A DNA stretch of 61,983 bases, filler included, from Choristocarpus tenellus KU-1152 (taxonomy: Eukaryota > Protista > Phaeophyceae): the NCBI GenBank assembly GCA_964200185.2. It is 10 parts of 10 records of this genome, joined end to end, with 100 filler letters (N's around TTAATTAATTAA, not from the genome) between each part and the next. Parts side by side here need not be neighbours in the genome. Positions count along the whole stretch, not along the records: positions 13,829 to 28,983 come from CAXNAD020001042.1; 9 more parts are not named here. One strand, given 5' to 3'. The position numbers and the translations under genes were made by a program. The notes below the pieces were generated by a model that was not told the origin of the DNA, ran no database searches, and saw only the letters and a program-made list of their open reading frames with translations. Below are positions 13,729-25,817 of the stretch, piece by piece. Each line of letters opens with the position of its first letter. Positions within the stretch are counted from its first letter, which is position 1.

Positions 13729-13828
13729 NNNNNNNNNNNNNNNNNNNNNNNNNNNNNNNNNNNNNNNNNNNNTTAATTAATTAANNNNNNNNNNNNNNNN
13801 NNNNNNNNNNNNNNNNNNNNNNNNNNNN
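13729..13828. other. Artificial contig-joining spacer (44 N + TTAATTAATTAA + 44 N); same spacer at 28984-29083, 33841-33940, 36992-37091, 39620-39719, 47195-47294, 51601-51700, 54466-54565, 59013-59112
   Basis: Nine identical 100-nt units; the palindromic 12-mer puts stop codons in all six frames. Separate 10-N gaps at 14492-14501 and 60208-60217. Confidence 0.98.
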
Positions 13829-15117
13829 CGGACGCGGCTTTACCCTCTATGATACTTTGACACCCCTTGCCTGATTTTTTTTTTCTTCATCCCATTGCTG
13901 TCAACCTATCCCCCTTGACCCCCTTCTCCCATTAGTCCGCCAAGTTAACCCCCATTTCCGGTGTAATCTCAACGATACGTCAGCCACCGAAAGAAAATGG
14001 GCCCAGGACAGACCTTGCAGGAGATATAAAACCAGTTTTACTATCCCTACTCACTCATCTTCAAAACGCTATCTTTCTATGCTAGGTCAGACCTCTAGTA
14101 TAATATCCGCGGGGTACGAAGTTATCACATAGTCTGAATATCCCATGCAGTCGATTTTCTGGTTCTACCACTCCACGCCATGCCTTCCCCACAACATTGC
14201 ACATCACAGTCATTGACTCCCCCTACACCCATCTAGCTATTTCACGTCGGAGGTTCTTGCATACTATCTATTGGCCAGCACCTTCATTCTGGTATCTTGC
14301 ATGTTGTGCTGTTGGAGGTTACCGCCATTTTAGTAATACGGCCTATACTACCTACCCCACTTGCACCCCCTTCTACTGCACTAACAATGCTGTAATTCTC
14401 ATACTCACAACCCAACAAAAAACACCCAAACACCACCCCTCCACTACCACCTTATTCTTTTTATATCCCTTCCTTCTTTTTCTTTTTTTTTNNNNNNNNN
14501 NTCTACTGCACTAACAATGCTGTAATTCCCATACTCACAACCCAACAACCCTCCCCCCACCCCCGTTTTTCATTTTCATTTTTATTTTTTTGTTCACACT
14601 TCAGGCTATCTACTCATTGGTAGACTTTGAGTTCTATCTCACTCCGAAATGGCTAGGACTCATTTGTGTCCCTGAGGACACTCCCTCCCAACTCTAAACT
14701 ATCTTTTTGTAACTCTACAAATCTTCAGATCCTTTGCCAAGACCAGGATGATCAGTTTTAGTAGCTTCCTTCACTGACCACGGCAATACCAATGGGGGGG
14801 TCTGACAGGTTGTATTTTCTGGGTGGAGTCTGTTGCAGGTTACTGGAAATAGTCAGGTACCAACCAGTTCCTTGATAACATCGTTCCTGGGTGATGAACA
14901 TCTGATTGTTTTCTTTGCATACATTTAGGAGTTGAACATAAATTGTGTGGCGCATATTGTGTAGGTGTATGTTCCTTCAAATTCTTCACATGGCCAATGG
15001 CAACTCCTAATTCATCCCCAATAGAACGACGTACTTGCCTGGCATTATTTACAGTAATTGGGTACCTAAGCAAAGCAGCATTCTCATTCTCTTCTATAAT
15101 TGTGACGAGAATGGCAT

Positions 15118-15350
15118 TGATTACTACTGCTATATAGCATTACCATTTACCCACCCCATTATCCCACTGATTTCCCCTCCTGTGATGACGATTACGGATT
15201 ATCTAGTTAATTTACACGCTATGATGCGCTGTATGATTGCTACTGCTGGCTAAGCACATCGATGTACCCACCCTATTGTATCACTGATTTCCCCCAGTGA
15301 GAACCATTATTACGGATTATCAGTCTATCTGCCACACTACGATGTGCTCT
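15118..15350. repeat. Diverged ~118-bp tandem duplication
   Basis: Two units share tactgct..tacccacc..cactgatttcccc..attacggattatc..gatg. Confidence 0.7.
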
Positions 15351-17628
15351 GCCCTGTCAATTCCATTACTGTTCCCAACGGTTGGTAATGCTTGTGACAA
15401 GAACGACAGATTCTAATCCTGATCCCAATTACATCATATCCCAAATGGTGGTTGTCCTTCCAAGTTCATACCCTACATTATAACCTAATCCGTTTAATTC
15501 ATAACTGATGTCAAGGAATATCCCAGCTTGCAACCAAAGCAACATAACAGCTAGAAACGATTTTGAGTCAGAAAACTTAGCTCAGGGGTATATACTCGTG
15601 CCTGTTTTTCCATCCTCATATTAGCCTAAGTCTTCCACTCCTGAATCTTTCAATAAGTTTCATCCAAGAGTAATTATCCCACAATTAGCCTTTTCCCTCA
15701 AATTTCGTCACAAGTGTCCTGGGTAATACGACAGAAGTGTTGGCAACAGAAACGATAAATCTATGACTGATCGATGAATACCCATTATCCCCCCCTGAAG
15801 ACGACTTTCACACGAGCTCCTGCCAGCAACCACCCTACCCTTGGCCTACTCTGTAATAAAATAGTTCTTGATGTATATTGAATGTCTAAGCTTTCACTGG
15901 GTGGGGTGCAAACTATTATTGCTCGCATAAACAAGACTGCATTCCAATCTAGCCCTGCCACCACCTATATATCGTCTGATGTCCTCTAAATGGAGTTTTT
16001 TGAGGGTATCAGACTTGCAACTACCTTCTATTTATCATAGTATATAGTTTCATCACGGATTCCACGGGGGTAACAATATCAACGACAGGAACCACGCAAT
16101 CTTTGCGTGGTTATGTAGATCGAATGCATCAGGTACCACCCTACAACCTGTCCGACTGTCACATTCATCACCCATGTCCACTTCTAACGTAAACAGGCGG
16201 TTAAACCACCCTCTACTATTATTACGCCCGACCCGCGTAGATATCCCCCCAATACTGAGGACACTTGCCCATATCATTTTTGGCTACCTTGAATGCGTCT
16301 CCCCTTTTGCTGCAAGACACTTCCCTTCCGCCCTGTAAGAAAGATTGCATAGAAGTTACCTTGATCCTGCCAACTTTTTCCTTCAACTCTTTCCTAGACC
16401 TCTGAACTTTTATTCTGTCTATTTCTTCCCAGCCTTTACCCTCTCCCTCCGCTCATTTCTATCAAAATCTCGGATACTCATTCTGCTTTCAGACCATTCT
16501 CTAATTTATCCTTTCGTCTACCCTCCCGACCTTTCTTTTTCCCTTGCCCCCATGACACCTTGTTCACCAATCTACTCCTGTGAATTATCACGCTCACAAA
16601 ACTCAGATTACTTAATGAATATGCCCATTACTACTTCCCTCATTAGTTTGTTCTCATTTCAATGTTGTGACTATTTTGCATAGTCATTTTTTACCATACT
16701 ATCGGTACGACTCGAGATCTTGTGCGACAGAGGCTATGGGAACATTAATCGGTTCTGCTGGAGAACTAGGTATCGTCTTGTGTATCTACATCCCGTCTAT
16801 AGGGAGTTGCCATAGATGCAGATGCTCCGAGATTAGGGCCTTGGCGACCAGGAGTCTATGAATGGGAAGAAGTTTTGTCACAAGTGTCGTGTTTCTTATC
16901 CCTTCTCTGTATTGCTCGCAGAAGAAGCAGGGCCGCATAGGGTTGGCTTGGAGGATGCAGGGCTAATTTCACTGGCCATGTAAGCATTCCCTTAGAGGCT
17001 AAAATGTTGTCTGTCTTGCACATCCTCAGAAAAGGTGCGGTGGATACTTTTTTTTTCCGCCAGGATGGGTGAGATCACAATATGGAGAGTATTCCACAAG
17101 TTTGTTCAGCCTAAAATTACCCAGGTGCTATGTGGAGATTTATGAGGATAATGGTGCGGTCAACAAGTTTTTGAACTATGCCACTAGTTGTTCTCACACA
17201 AAGCACACAGAACATAGACACCACTTTCTTTCCGGATTTTCAAGCGAAGAAGATTTTCCTATGTTTGTACATATCAGAGAACCGATGTACTCCTCTTTGT
17301 GCTCTTATGAAAGTGCCACCAGTATCCTACAAAGTGTTAACTGGCTGCTTTAATACGCCCACTCAGGCACTTGATATGTTCGAGTACAAGTTGCAGGAAT
17401 GGTGTTTTAACACTCGTCTGTTCCCTCTGCCCTCAGAACAAAAACACACTGGAAGTGCCTCATGCCTCCCAGCAAGGCCAGTCACACCAAGGACTAGCTG
17501 AAAAGGAGCCAGCACTTGGAGAGTATAAGAAAGGATGTAGAGTGCTTTCTGGGGAACCCAAAGGCCATTTCCTTATCCATCTGTAGCCGTTGTTTGCAGA
17601 AGCAACTCTACCATAAGGTAGGGTGTAC

Positions 17629-17946
17629 CTGCAAATCTGGCGTTTTTGCCATGGTTCGAGGCCAGTCCTTGAACACCACATTCAAGTATGCTTTTGTGAT
17701 CTCTATGGGTCGCTTCTCCTTCTTCATTTCATGTCTTTCAGGCCTTCCTTCACGGACAGGGTAGCAAATATGACTGGTACTGTCTGAAGGGCCTTCAGCA
17801 CATGTGCGGAGACTTTGTTGTCTCCCTTTCCTCATGTCGAAATCTGAACGAAAAACCTCTCCAGTCCCCACACTATCGATCACATTGTACACGGCGGCCA
17901 AGAGGGGTCTCATCTTCTCCTTCTCTCCGAACCTGTGAAAACCCAT
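17629..17946 (-). CDS. Possible first exon of an uncharacterised gene divergent from the amidohydrolase
   Basis: ATG-started ORF (MGFHRFGEKEKMRPLL...TPDLQ) ending at a CAG|gtacac donor, about 200 bp from the amidohydrolase ATG. No recognisable domain; downstream exons not established. Confidence 0.3.
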
Positions 17947-18150
17947 CTTTAATCAACCTCATGAGTTATTTCGACTGATAAAATACTGAAGGGTGGATCT
18001 CACGCGATGAACAGCAATTTCTCTCTACGAACTCTCGAAGAAATTCACATTTATTACTTACCATATTGTTGTAATGTATCAAGGTGCTCTTAAACCTTTT
18101 TGGGTCTTGACATACACATCTTTGGTCAGGTGACTACCCTTCTTTCCCCA

Positions 18151-21100
18151 ATGATATGGGCTAGGAATCAGTGTTTTGCAGTGTGTGGTTTTGCCCTTCA
18201 GGTTTCTTTTGGTGTTCACCTTCGGCAAGGTCTCTCATTTCTACAAGCCCCTTTGTTGATAGTGAAGGGTTCACATCACAGGGTGGAAATGTCTGCACAT
18301 CACCACAATATTATTGGTGAGTTTTCCTACTCGTGGCTGATAATATTTTCTGTAGTTCCTCTTGTCGAAGCCTTGCTTGTGTTTGTACCCGTACTCGCGA
18401 CGAGGTGAGGCCTCCGATTGCCATGTCTTGCCACGTTGTCGTGCTGTTTCAGACTACCTCCAATATTCAGTCCTGTTGTCTTGAGCGATGATCCGGAACC
18501 TTCTCAGTTCTCGAGCAGGAGAAAGTACGAAATCAAACTTGTTTATCATCCAGAACTTGCACGGGAATTACGGTTTGGCTTTGTTGTTTATTCGTGTATG
18601 TGCGGTTGCGTAAAGCGTTGTCACTTCACTAGTCACGGCAACGTTTCATCACCATCTTTGTTGAAAACAATCCATGACAGTCTTTTGTCCAGATACTGTC
18701 AGAGTATTTATTTTTTCTTGCCTGCACTACTATATCACTGTGAACATTGCGTATCCGTCACATATTCTGACAATGTTTGTGCTGTACTGTTTCAAGGGTT
18801 GACCATCATATGAGCTTGTCTTGTTGGCAGTCAAGACTATAGAGGCTCTTCAAAGCTGAGCCTTCACTTAGTTGTTCCTCCTCTTGAACTCGCAGTAAAT
18901 GCCTCTGATTCCCACCTGCTATTGAATGTTGATCACCTGTTCAGATTCCCACTTACATGTTTGGAGCGACGGTGGGGAACCATTCGAGTTCGCAAAGGGC
19001 CAAGAGCCCCCGGATCGGCTGCGAAAAGTGAGCAGAGCGGAAGATTTGCTGCCTATCATGACTACGGCTAGTGTGAATGGTGCGCTCATAGTGCAGGCAA
19101 GTCGTGTTGTGATGGAAATGCCAACAGAGCACAACCTTTTGATGTGCAATTATCATGAACAAGAGCAGGGGAAATCTGTCCCCGCGATGTGGAAATGGAT
19201 TCGCAAGATTACACAGCCTCTGTGGCTGCTAATTTCGGTTTGCAGTGGCCGTGATGGGAGGCCTCACGGAAACTTACTTCTTGAAACAGACTGTATCTTA
19301 CATTTTTTATTTCCATGTCCATTGTTTTAAACATGCGATTTTTCCATGGCATCACCTTGCTGAGCTGCTGCTATGAACTGGGTGAAGTGCAGCCTATCAA
19401 CCACAAGTTTGATCACTCATATGTTACAAGGGTGATGAAGACCTGGCCAGAACGGTGAGTTGGTTTCCAATTAGTACCCCTGATATTGATTTGTCCTCTT
19501 TCAGCCCTTCCTACATGCCCTCAACATGTAAATCGCAATCGCTCTTAGAGACAAGCTTGTACATTCAGCAGGAGATCTGTTGAACTACACTATTTCAGCA
19601 GAAGGAATTTATTTGGAACGTTCAAGTTGAATTGCAACCACTGATAGTTTGGGATGGTTTGTAGTTGAGTATTTTGATATTTGCATGGAATCTGAGCCCT
19701 ATTATTTTTTGAGCTTGGTACTCTGGGTTACTTCTTTATCTAGTGTGTTTTCTGGGGATACTTAAATCAGCTTTGAGCAAGAGTTAAGGAATCATGGTGG
19801 AGGTACATATCTCTTCAAGTGTGGTGGAGCAATGCAGGTATGGTTTACCATATTCCAGGAAACTTGATTGGTGTGTGCAGATGTCTTGGTACAAAAAAAA
19901 TAAGTTATGATTTTGAGCTGGAATCACCACAGAGACCAGTCTTTTGTTCCTCTGTGAGCTACATAGCCACTGAAAATACAAGTTTTGATTCTAGTTTTGA
20001 CCAAGAATTATCATGAATCCCAACATCTTAATTCTCACCTAGTCAACATCATGTGGGCACCTGTGTGTTGTGGGAATGACAATTTATTGTTCATGCAGTG
20101 TCAGGAATGTTGCATGAAATCTAAAGCTCTGGAAGTTGTGCCGAGGTGACCAGAACTGTATCCTTCTGTGGGTGTTGGAAATTTTCTTTGTGTTTATTCT
20201 AGATCTAGGGAAGAACAGTAACAGAAAAATAGCTGGGGAGTAGAATGCATGAAGAACCTTGGAGAACCTCATTTTGTGCTTTAGGTGCTCACCACTCTCA
20301 GTTCTTCTAAAGTTATGAAACAAAAGCAATCATGAGTGTATGCTAATTCGACAGGAAGAATTTTGATGTCCTCAATTTTTGACAGGACATACACTCAGCG
20401 CACTAGATGAGGTAGACAAATCGTCAAGCTCCATGGGCGGAGCAAATAGCTTGCATTCACACAAGACATAGGCGATCTAATACTACACCTAAATTTTCAG
20501 TTTGGAACAATGGCAATTTAATCGAATTAGAGCAATTCATTTGCTACAATTCACGACACAATTTTTGTTTTGGGTATCAACAGCAACATTGCTCCAAGGA
20601 AACAGGGATTATCTTTGGGTATTGGTTCACTTGGCATTCATGTTGTTGTGGACATCTGATTTTTCCTCAGCAGTCATAGGGCTGTGATGAGGCACAATTT
20701 GAGCCTTGTTTGTTCTACAATTTGAGCCTTGTTTGTTCTACTATAAATCGCAAGATGTAAGGCGTGATGTTTGGGTGAAGCAGTGACACAAACCAATTTC
20801 ACGTTGCAATCCTCTGTGTGTGACAAAAGACACCCTGATGTATTGCAGAGAGGAGAATTATGAATGTGATCAATGATAATACAAGAGTATTTTCCATGTA
20901 ATGTAGTACCACAGGATGTATTCAATTCTGCGCTCATGCCTTTGACCCTGGTTAATGTCTAGAAGCTGCCTTGCCTTTCACTGTGTATGTTTCACACTGT
21001 TGCTTTTGAGAGCTGCATCCAAGTTAAAAGAAACACCATAGCACTCTACTAGGGTTAGGGTTAGGGTTAGGGTTAGGGTTAGGGTTGAACACCGTACCTT

Positions 21101-24100
21101 GCAAACTGTAGAAAGTGATAAATGATAAGACTCCTGAGTACTACGCTGCACATCCAAAGGGTATAGATTAGTACAGCTGTACGTGTGTTTCATGTGTGTT
21201 GTACAGTTGATGTGAATACTCGCACACACCATTCAGTTTGGCTCAGCATATAGTCTTAGTTTTGAGCCTTCATTTTATTTTTACTCCAGGTAGTAAGTGT
21301 TGGTTTGTGAAATGACCATGAAATGATCGGAAGTCCATTTTATGTACTTGTTTTTCCGAATCTGGGGCAGCAATACCAGTCTCGCTCATTCTAAAATATC
21401 AGAACCATGCAATTGGTGAAGTGAACGTTTGCTGCAGGTATGGCGGCAGGAAAAGAAGAATCACGACCATTTGAAGGGACATGTATATTCCCTGTGGTCT
21501 CGAACTGTACCGGTGTTGAAGGTTTTATTATGTGGAAAATTCCTTTCACTATGTTGGGCTTCGGCCTCCCTTTTCGATTTTTGACAAGAGCTATAACTAG
21601 ACTGACAAGTTCGTTTACAGTGGAGGCACCATCAGTGACGAAGCTGATGCCACCACTGACACCATTCGGCGACTTCGAAAAGGCCTGGGCTATCTCTGCC
21701 AGTACAGCCAAGTGCTTTATTATAGAACCACAGGTGTATCACTTGACCTTAGTGTTTGAATGTTCGTACCTGAAAAACTTGAAATGCTGTCACATGGTTG
21801 TGTGTCATGGACACCCCACCAGGTCCACCATGTGAAACCTCACTCTCACCACCACAAATTCATACTCTACGCTGTAACTGGTTTTGCACACTGGAAAGCG
21901 CCGATCGTACCTTGTGCAACAAAGATAGCAATTACTGAGAAGACTGGATGTTAGAGTTTTAGGCCAACTGTGTGAACATACAGAGAATCCTGTTTGCAAG
22001 GTTGATTGCACACATGGGGGATGTGCAACTCCTGAAGGCTTTGGTGTTCAGGGAGGTTGCAGATGGAAAAACGAAAGTAAGGTGGACAAGAGATGAACAG
22101 GAAGATGTGCCTGAAAAATGACCTTAAGAAGTTTGGGATTATGGTTGAGGGATGGTGTGCAAGGGGTGGTGTGAGTGTGTGGTTAACAGCTCATCATGCT
22201 TTGTGGACAAGTGGCATTCCAGGGAAGCTATGATAGCTGGTGTATATCATGCTAAAGCAGCAGCTATGGCAGTTGTAGAAGAATGGAGCACATGCACACT
22301 CACCCTCCTCATTTTAATTGTACTTTTTCATTGTCTCTCTGTTTTTGGGTAGATTATTCTTGAACTCTGCCTTTCCTTTGTGTCATATATGGTAGGTGGT
22401 GTTTCAGATTGGATGGACCCAGTTTGAACCTTTAATTATTTCTCTTTTTCCCTTCTCCCATAGGATCTGGCAATGTGTGTGTGGTTATGTTAGTTTCACT
22501 TTGTCTCAAGTCTTACCCCTCAGACCGAGAATGATCTTCAAACATTCACCTACTACTTCACCTACTGCTTCACCTACTACTTCACCTACTACTTCACCTA
22601 CTGCTTCACCTACTACTTCACCTACTACTTCACCTACTGCAGAGCTGGTAGCCCTTGCACATTTCAGGTTCTCTGAAGGAGGTGCACATGTAGTGTTGGC
22701 ATTGCAGCTTCAGATGTTTCCTCATGACTCTACCCTCTGCAAATGTTCTCATGCCGTCTCTTGTCATCCTGGAAGGTTCAAAGGCATGTGTCTCGCCAAC
22801 CCTGACCTTGAGCCAGACGAGGCGTCGGCGGAGATTGAACGCCTTCACAATGAGGTAAGGTGGTTGCAGGACCATGTCAATGTGCAAGGGAAGATAGATA
22901 CTATGTTTAAGGACCTCGATAGCACAAATTGCTACATCGTGGTGGTGGGAATTATGTCTTACAAAAGTTAAAGGAACACCATGACTCATTGCTTGAGGTT
23001 ACACATCATACTTTGGACTGCCTCTACAATAGGAAGTGTTGTATGAGTCCACACAACTGCCCAAAATGCATGATCCATTTTGTAAAGCCCAACATGCATA
23101 CTGCTGACAGAACAATCCAGTAGGGCCTGAGTTCGCTAAAATCATGTGCTATTGCTGCACAGTTTGTCATGGTTTCACCCCATGTTCAGAAAATATATTT
23201 TTCTGTTGACAAGGAGTTTCTGCCTGCTCTGACTCAGTGTGATGCGCTATTTCTCCTCGTGTATGATCACATTACTTTACTCTATGCAACCTTGGCCCTT
23301 GTTGACCTATCCCCACCTGAATACTCCTCAATAGGGCTTCTGTGGTGTCAGGTTCAACCCTTACCTCTGGCCTGTGGGACAGTGGGGAGGGAGAGGAATG
23401 GCGGATCCAGTAGGTATGGCCATGTTTCGCAAGGCAGGGGAGCTAGGCATGCCTGTGGGTGTGATGTGCTTCAAGGGATTAGGAATGCACCTGGTCGAGC
23501 TGAAAGCTCTTTTGGATGAATGTCCACAAACAAAGGTACTGCATGTAACTGTTGTATGCTGTTGGATGGCGATAAGCATTTTGATAGCTGGAAAACGCCT
23601 ACTCCTTGTATGCACAGAAAGTGTATGCTTTGTAAGAGAGATTAATTAAGAGATTGGGATTAGTGTGAGGAAGGTTGGGATGGCTGGGGTAAACACTATC
23701 CATGACATGTATATTTTTTGTCATTGACATTCCCCCAAGTGTATCAGTTGCTCAAGGTAATTTAGAGAGACGCTGTTGCATCTGCCTTGGATGAGCCTGA
23801 ATATCCTTGCTGCAGGAAGCTTGAGCATAATATTACTGTTTGAAGCAATGGTTCTATAGCTAGTAGCTGTATTTATGCTTGAAAGTATTTGGTAGCAAGC
23901 ACGGTATAAAATGAGGATGAGATTAACCTGCCCCACTGTGCAATCGTAGGTGATAATTGATCACTTCGGGTTCTTCCTTCAAGACGGGAAGGCCGACGAG
24001 GATGCATGGTCTGAACTCCTGGGATTGGCAAGGTGTTGGAAGTTTCTTCAATAACTTTATTCTTGACTAGTGCTCAAACATATAATTTTGTAACTGCAAC

Positions 24101-25817
24101 CATTGTGTATAGGGGAGGATTGTTTGGTCTGATACAGGTGATTCTAACCTTACGGCAAACCCTGAGGGCAATGAAAAACATGTCCATCTTGATCTTTTCA
24201 GAGGGATTTCTGTTTAAATGACAGGAAATTGTTAGATCTTAATTCGTGGAGCCTGGCCTTTCATGCTTCAGTTCAAGTTCGGTGTGCCAACCTGTGTGCC
24301 ATCGATGCATTGTCTCGAAGTAGAGGATGGTTGAAATTTATGGCAAGCAGATGTTCTCCAAGTAGGTGTACCACATTAATGGTATTGCAACAGTATTAAG
24401 TTCAGTGCTATGAAGGTAGATAAGTCGAAAGAATGAACCCAAGTAGGACCCTCCCTAGACACGCAGAGGGTTAATTTGATAAGAAGTAATGAGGACCAAA
24501 ATGTGCTTGCTTGTAACATTGTCCATTGCTTTATGTCCTCTGGCTGTTGAGACAGGTACCCCCAGGTGTATGTCAAAACCAGTGCGTTTTTTCGGGTGTC
24601 TAAGGTGAGGCCTCGTGTCTCAGGTGTATGCGATTGGTAATATTTACTTTGTCATTGTCAGCTGGACAGTTTTTAATTTTTTGCCTTCTTGTGAAGTCAA
24701 TGCATAGAATTATTGGTTGAAATGCTAACCCGTTTCATGTTCCCTGCACCTCAAGTTTTGTACCGTTTGGCACGTGGTAGAGACTTTTGTGTCTGTGGAA
24801 AAATCAAGTTGCTGTGTTGGCTACGCTGGGGATGGTTCTGATTCTTGTTTTTGTTGTAACCAGTATGTGAAAATTGTGAAATTTTTATAGTCAACTCTCA
24901 TGTGCCAGGGATTTTTTTTTTTCTCCAGCAGGAGGACTACCCATACCCTGACCTCCGTCCTCGTGTAGCAGCATTGATGAATAACTATGGGTCAAAGCGA
25001 CTTCTGTGGGGGAGTGACTACCCTTTTGTGGAGGATGGGCAGTGTGGGTACGTCATGCATGACCTTCAGAATGAATTTTGTGTCGTAATAGATGTTGGGG
25101 TTGAGTTAAGGCTTCACTATAGTAGTTGATGGCCTTTGCGAAGCTATTAGGTCTTGTCCAATCTGTGCATGTATGTTATTCTTCTTTGAAGTGTATGCCT
25201 TTCAGGTATTATTGGTGTCAGCTAATCCGTCCACATTCAAATCGCTGAGAAGGATCATCTCTTCATTGTAGTTATCATATGACCCCAATCGAGGTGCTCA
25301 TCGCCTTCAGCAAACCCCTCACCGCTACACTTAGGTCATACCTAAAGTGTGTCCTGGCTTAAGTGGCAAGTGTGATTGTGAAACTTTTAATTTTGTGTTC
25401 CACTTTTCATCTCAAAATCCCTTTATATTTGCACTATAGAGTTTGGCAAGGATTGGAATGTGTTGATATTGTTGAAGGTGTGGGATTTTTCTCCTCAAAT
25501 TTGATTTTGGTTTTCCCACTAAAGACTTTCATAAAGCCCATGAAAGATACTAAGATATATGCTATAGTTCTTCACCTCATGTTTGACAATCTTGCCCTTT
25601 GTGTACCACAATTACTACTTTAGTATGTAAGACTTGTTGCCTATGAACACCCATGCAAAATGGATTTTCACTTTAACTCATCGATGCTCATCTCAGGTAC
25701 GGTCCTGCGAAAGAGGCCATGACCAACTCCTTTGGATTGACTACAGAGGAGGTAGTGGATGTAATGGGAGGCACGGCTGAGACGCTTTTTGGGAAGTGGG
25801 GAGAGGTTAACAGATGA
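18151..25817 (+). CDS. Amidohydrolase superfamily (Amidohydro_2; LigI/fuconolactonase-related, similar to Arabidopsis At2g35450-type proteins), 9 exons, ~342 aa, probable plastid leader
   Basis: Exons 18151-18316, 18945-19096 (GC donor), 19393-19454, 22776-22854, 23335-23535, 23950-24032, 24556-24604, 24932 (or 24929)-25047, 25697-25817; 1029 nt in frame to TGA. Motifs IIDSHLHVW, GALIVQPINHKFDHS, GVRFNPYLWP, VIIDHFGF, YPQVYVKTSAFFR, RLLWGSDYPF, GGTAETLF. Confidence 0.93.
20695..20740. repeat. 23-bp exact tandem duplication
   Basis: caatttgagccttgtttgttcta x2. Confidence 0.9.
21050..21086 (+). repeat. Interstitial telomere-like (TTAGGG) x ~6
   Basis: taggg(ttaggg)5tt inside amidohydrolase intron 3. 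Confidence 0.9.
21770..22280 (+). mobile_element. Decayed 3' end of an RTE-like LINE ORF2
   Basis: Translations HGCVSWTPHQVHHVKPHSHHHKFIL..EKTGC*S, RILFARLIAHMGDVQLLKALVFREVADGK and CLKNDLKKFGI match the post-RT region of RTE-type LINEs; stops and frameshifts. Confidence 0.7.
22545..22640. repeat. 12-bp minisatellite TTCACCTACT(A/G)C x8
   Basis: Variant order A,G,A,A,G,A,A,G gives a 36-bp higher-order period. Confidence 0.97.

Noticed and set aside
13773-13784. Palindromic TTAATTAATTAA repeated nine times, and ORFs ending in ...XXXLIN
   Set aside because: Assembly linker between N runs, not biological.
14372-14548. ~47-bp direct repeat either side of the 10-N gap
   Set aside because: Probably unmerged overlapping contig ends.
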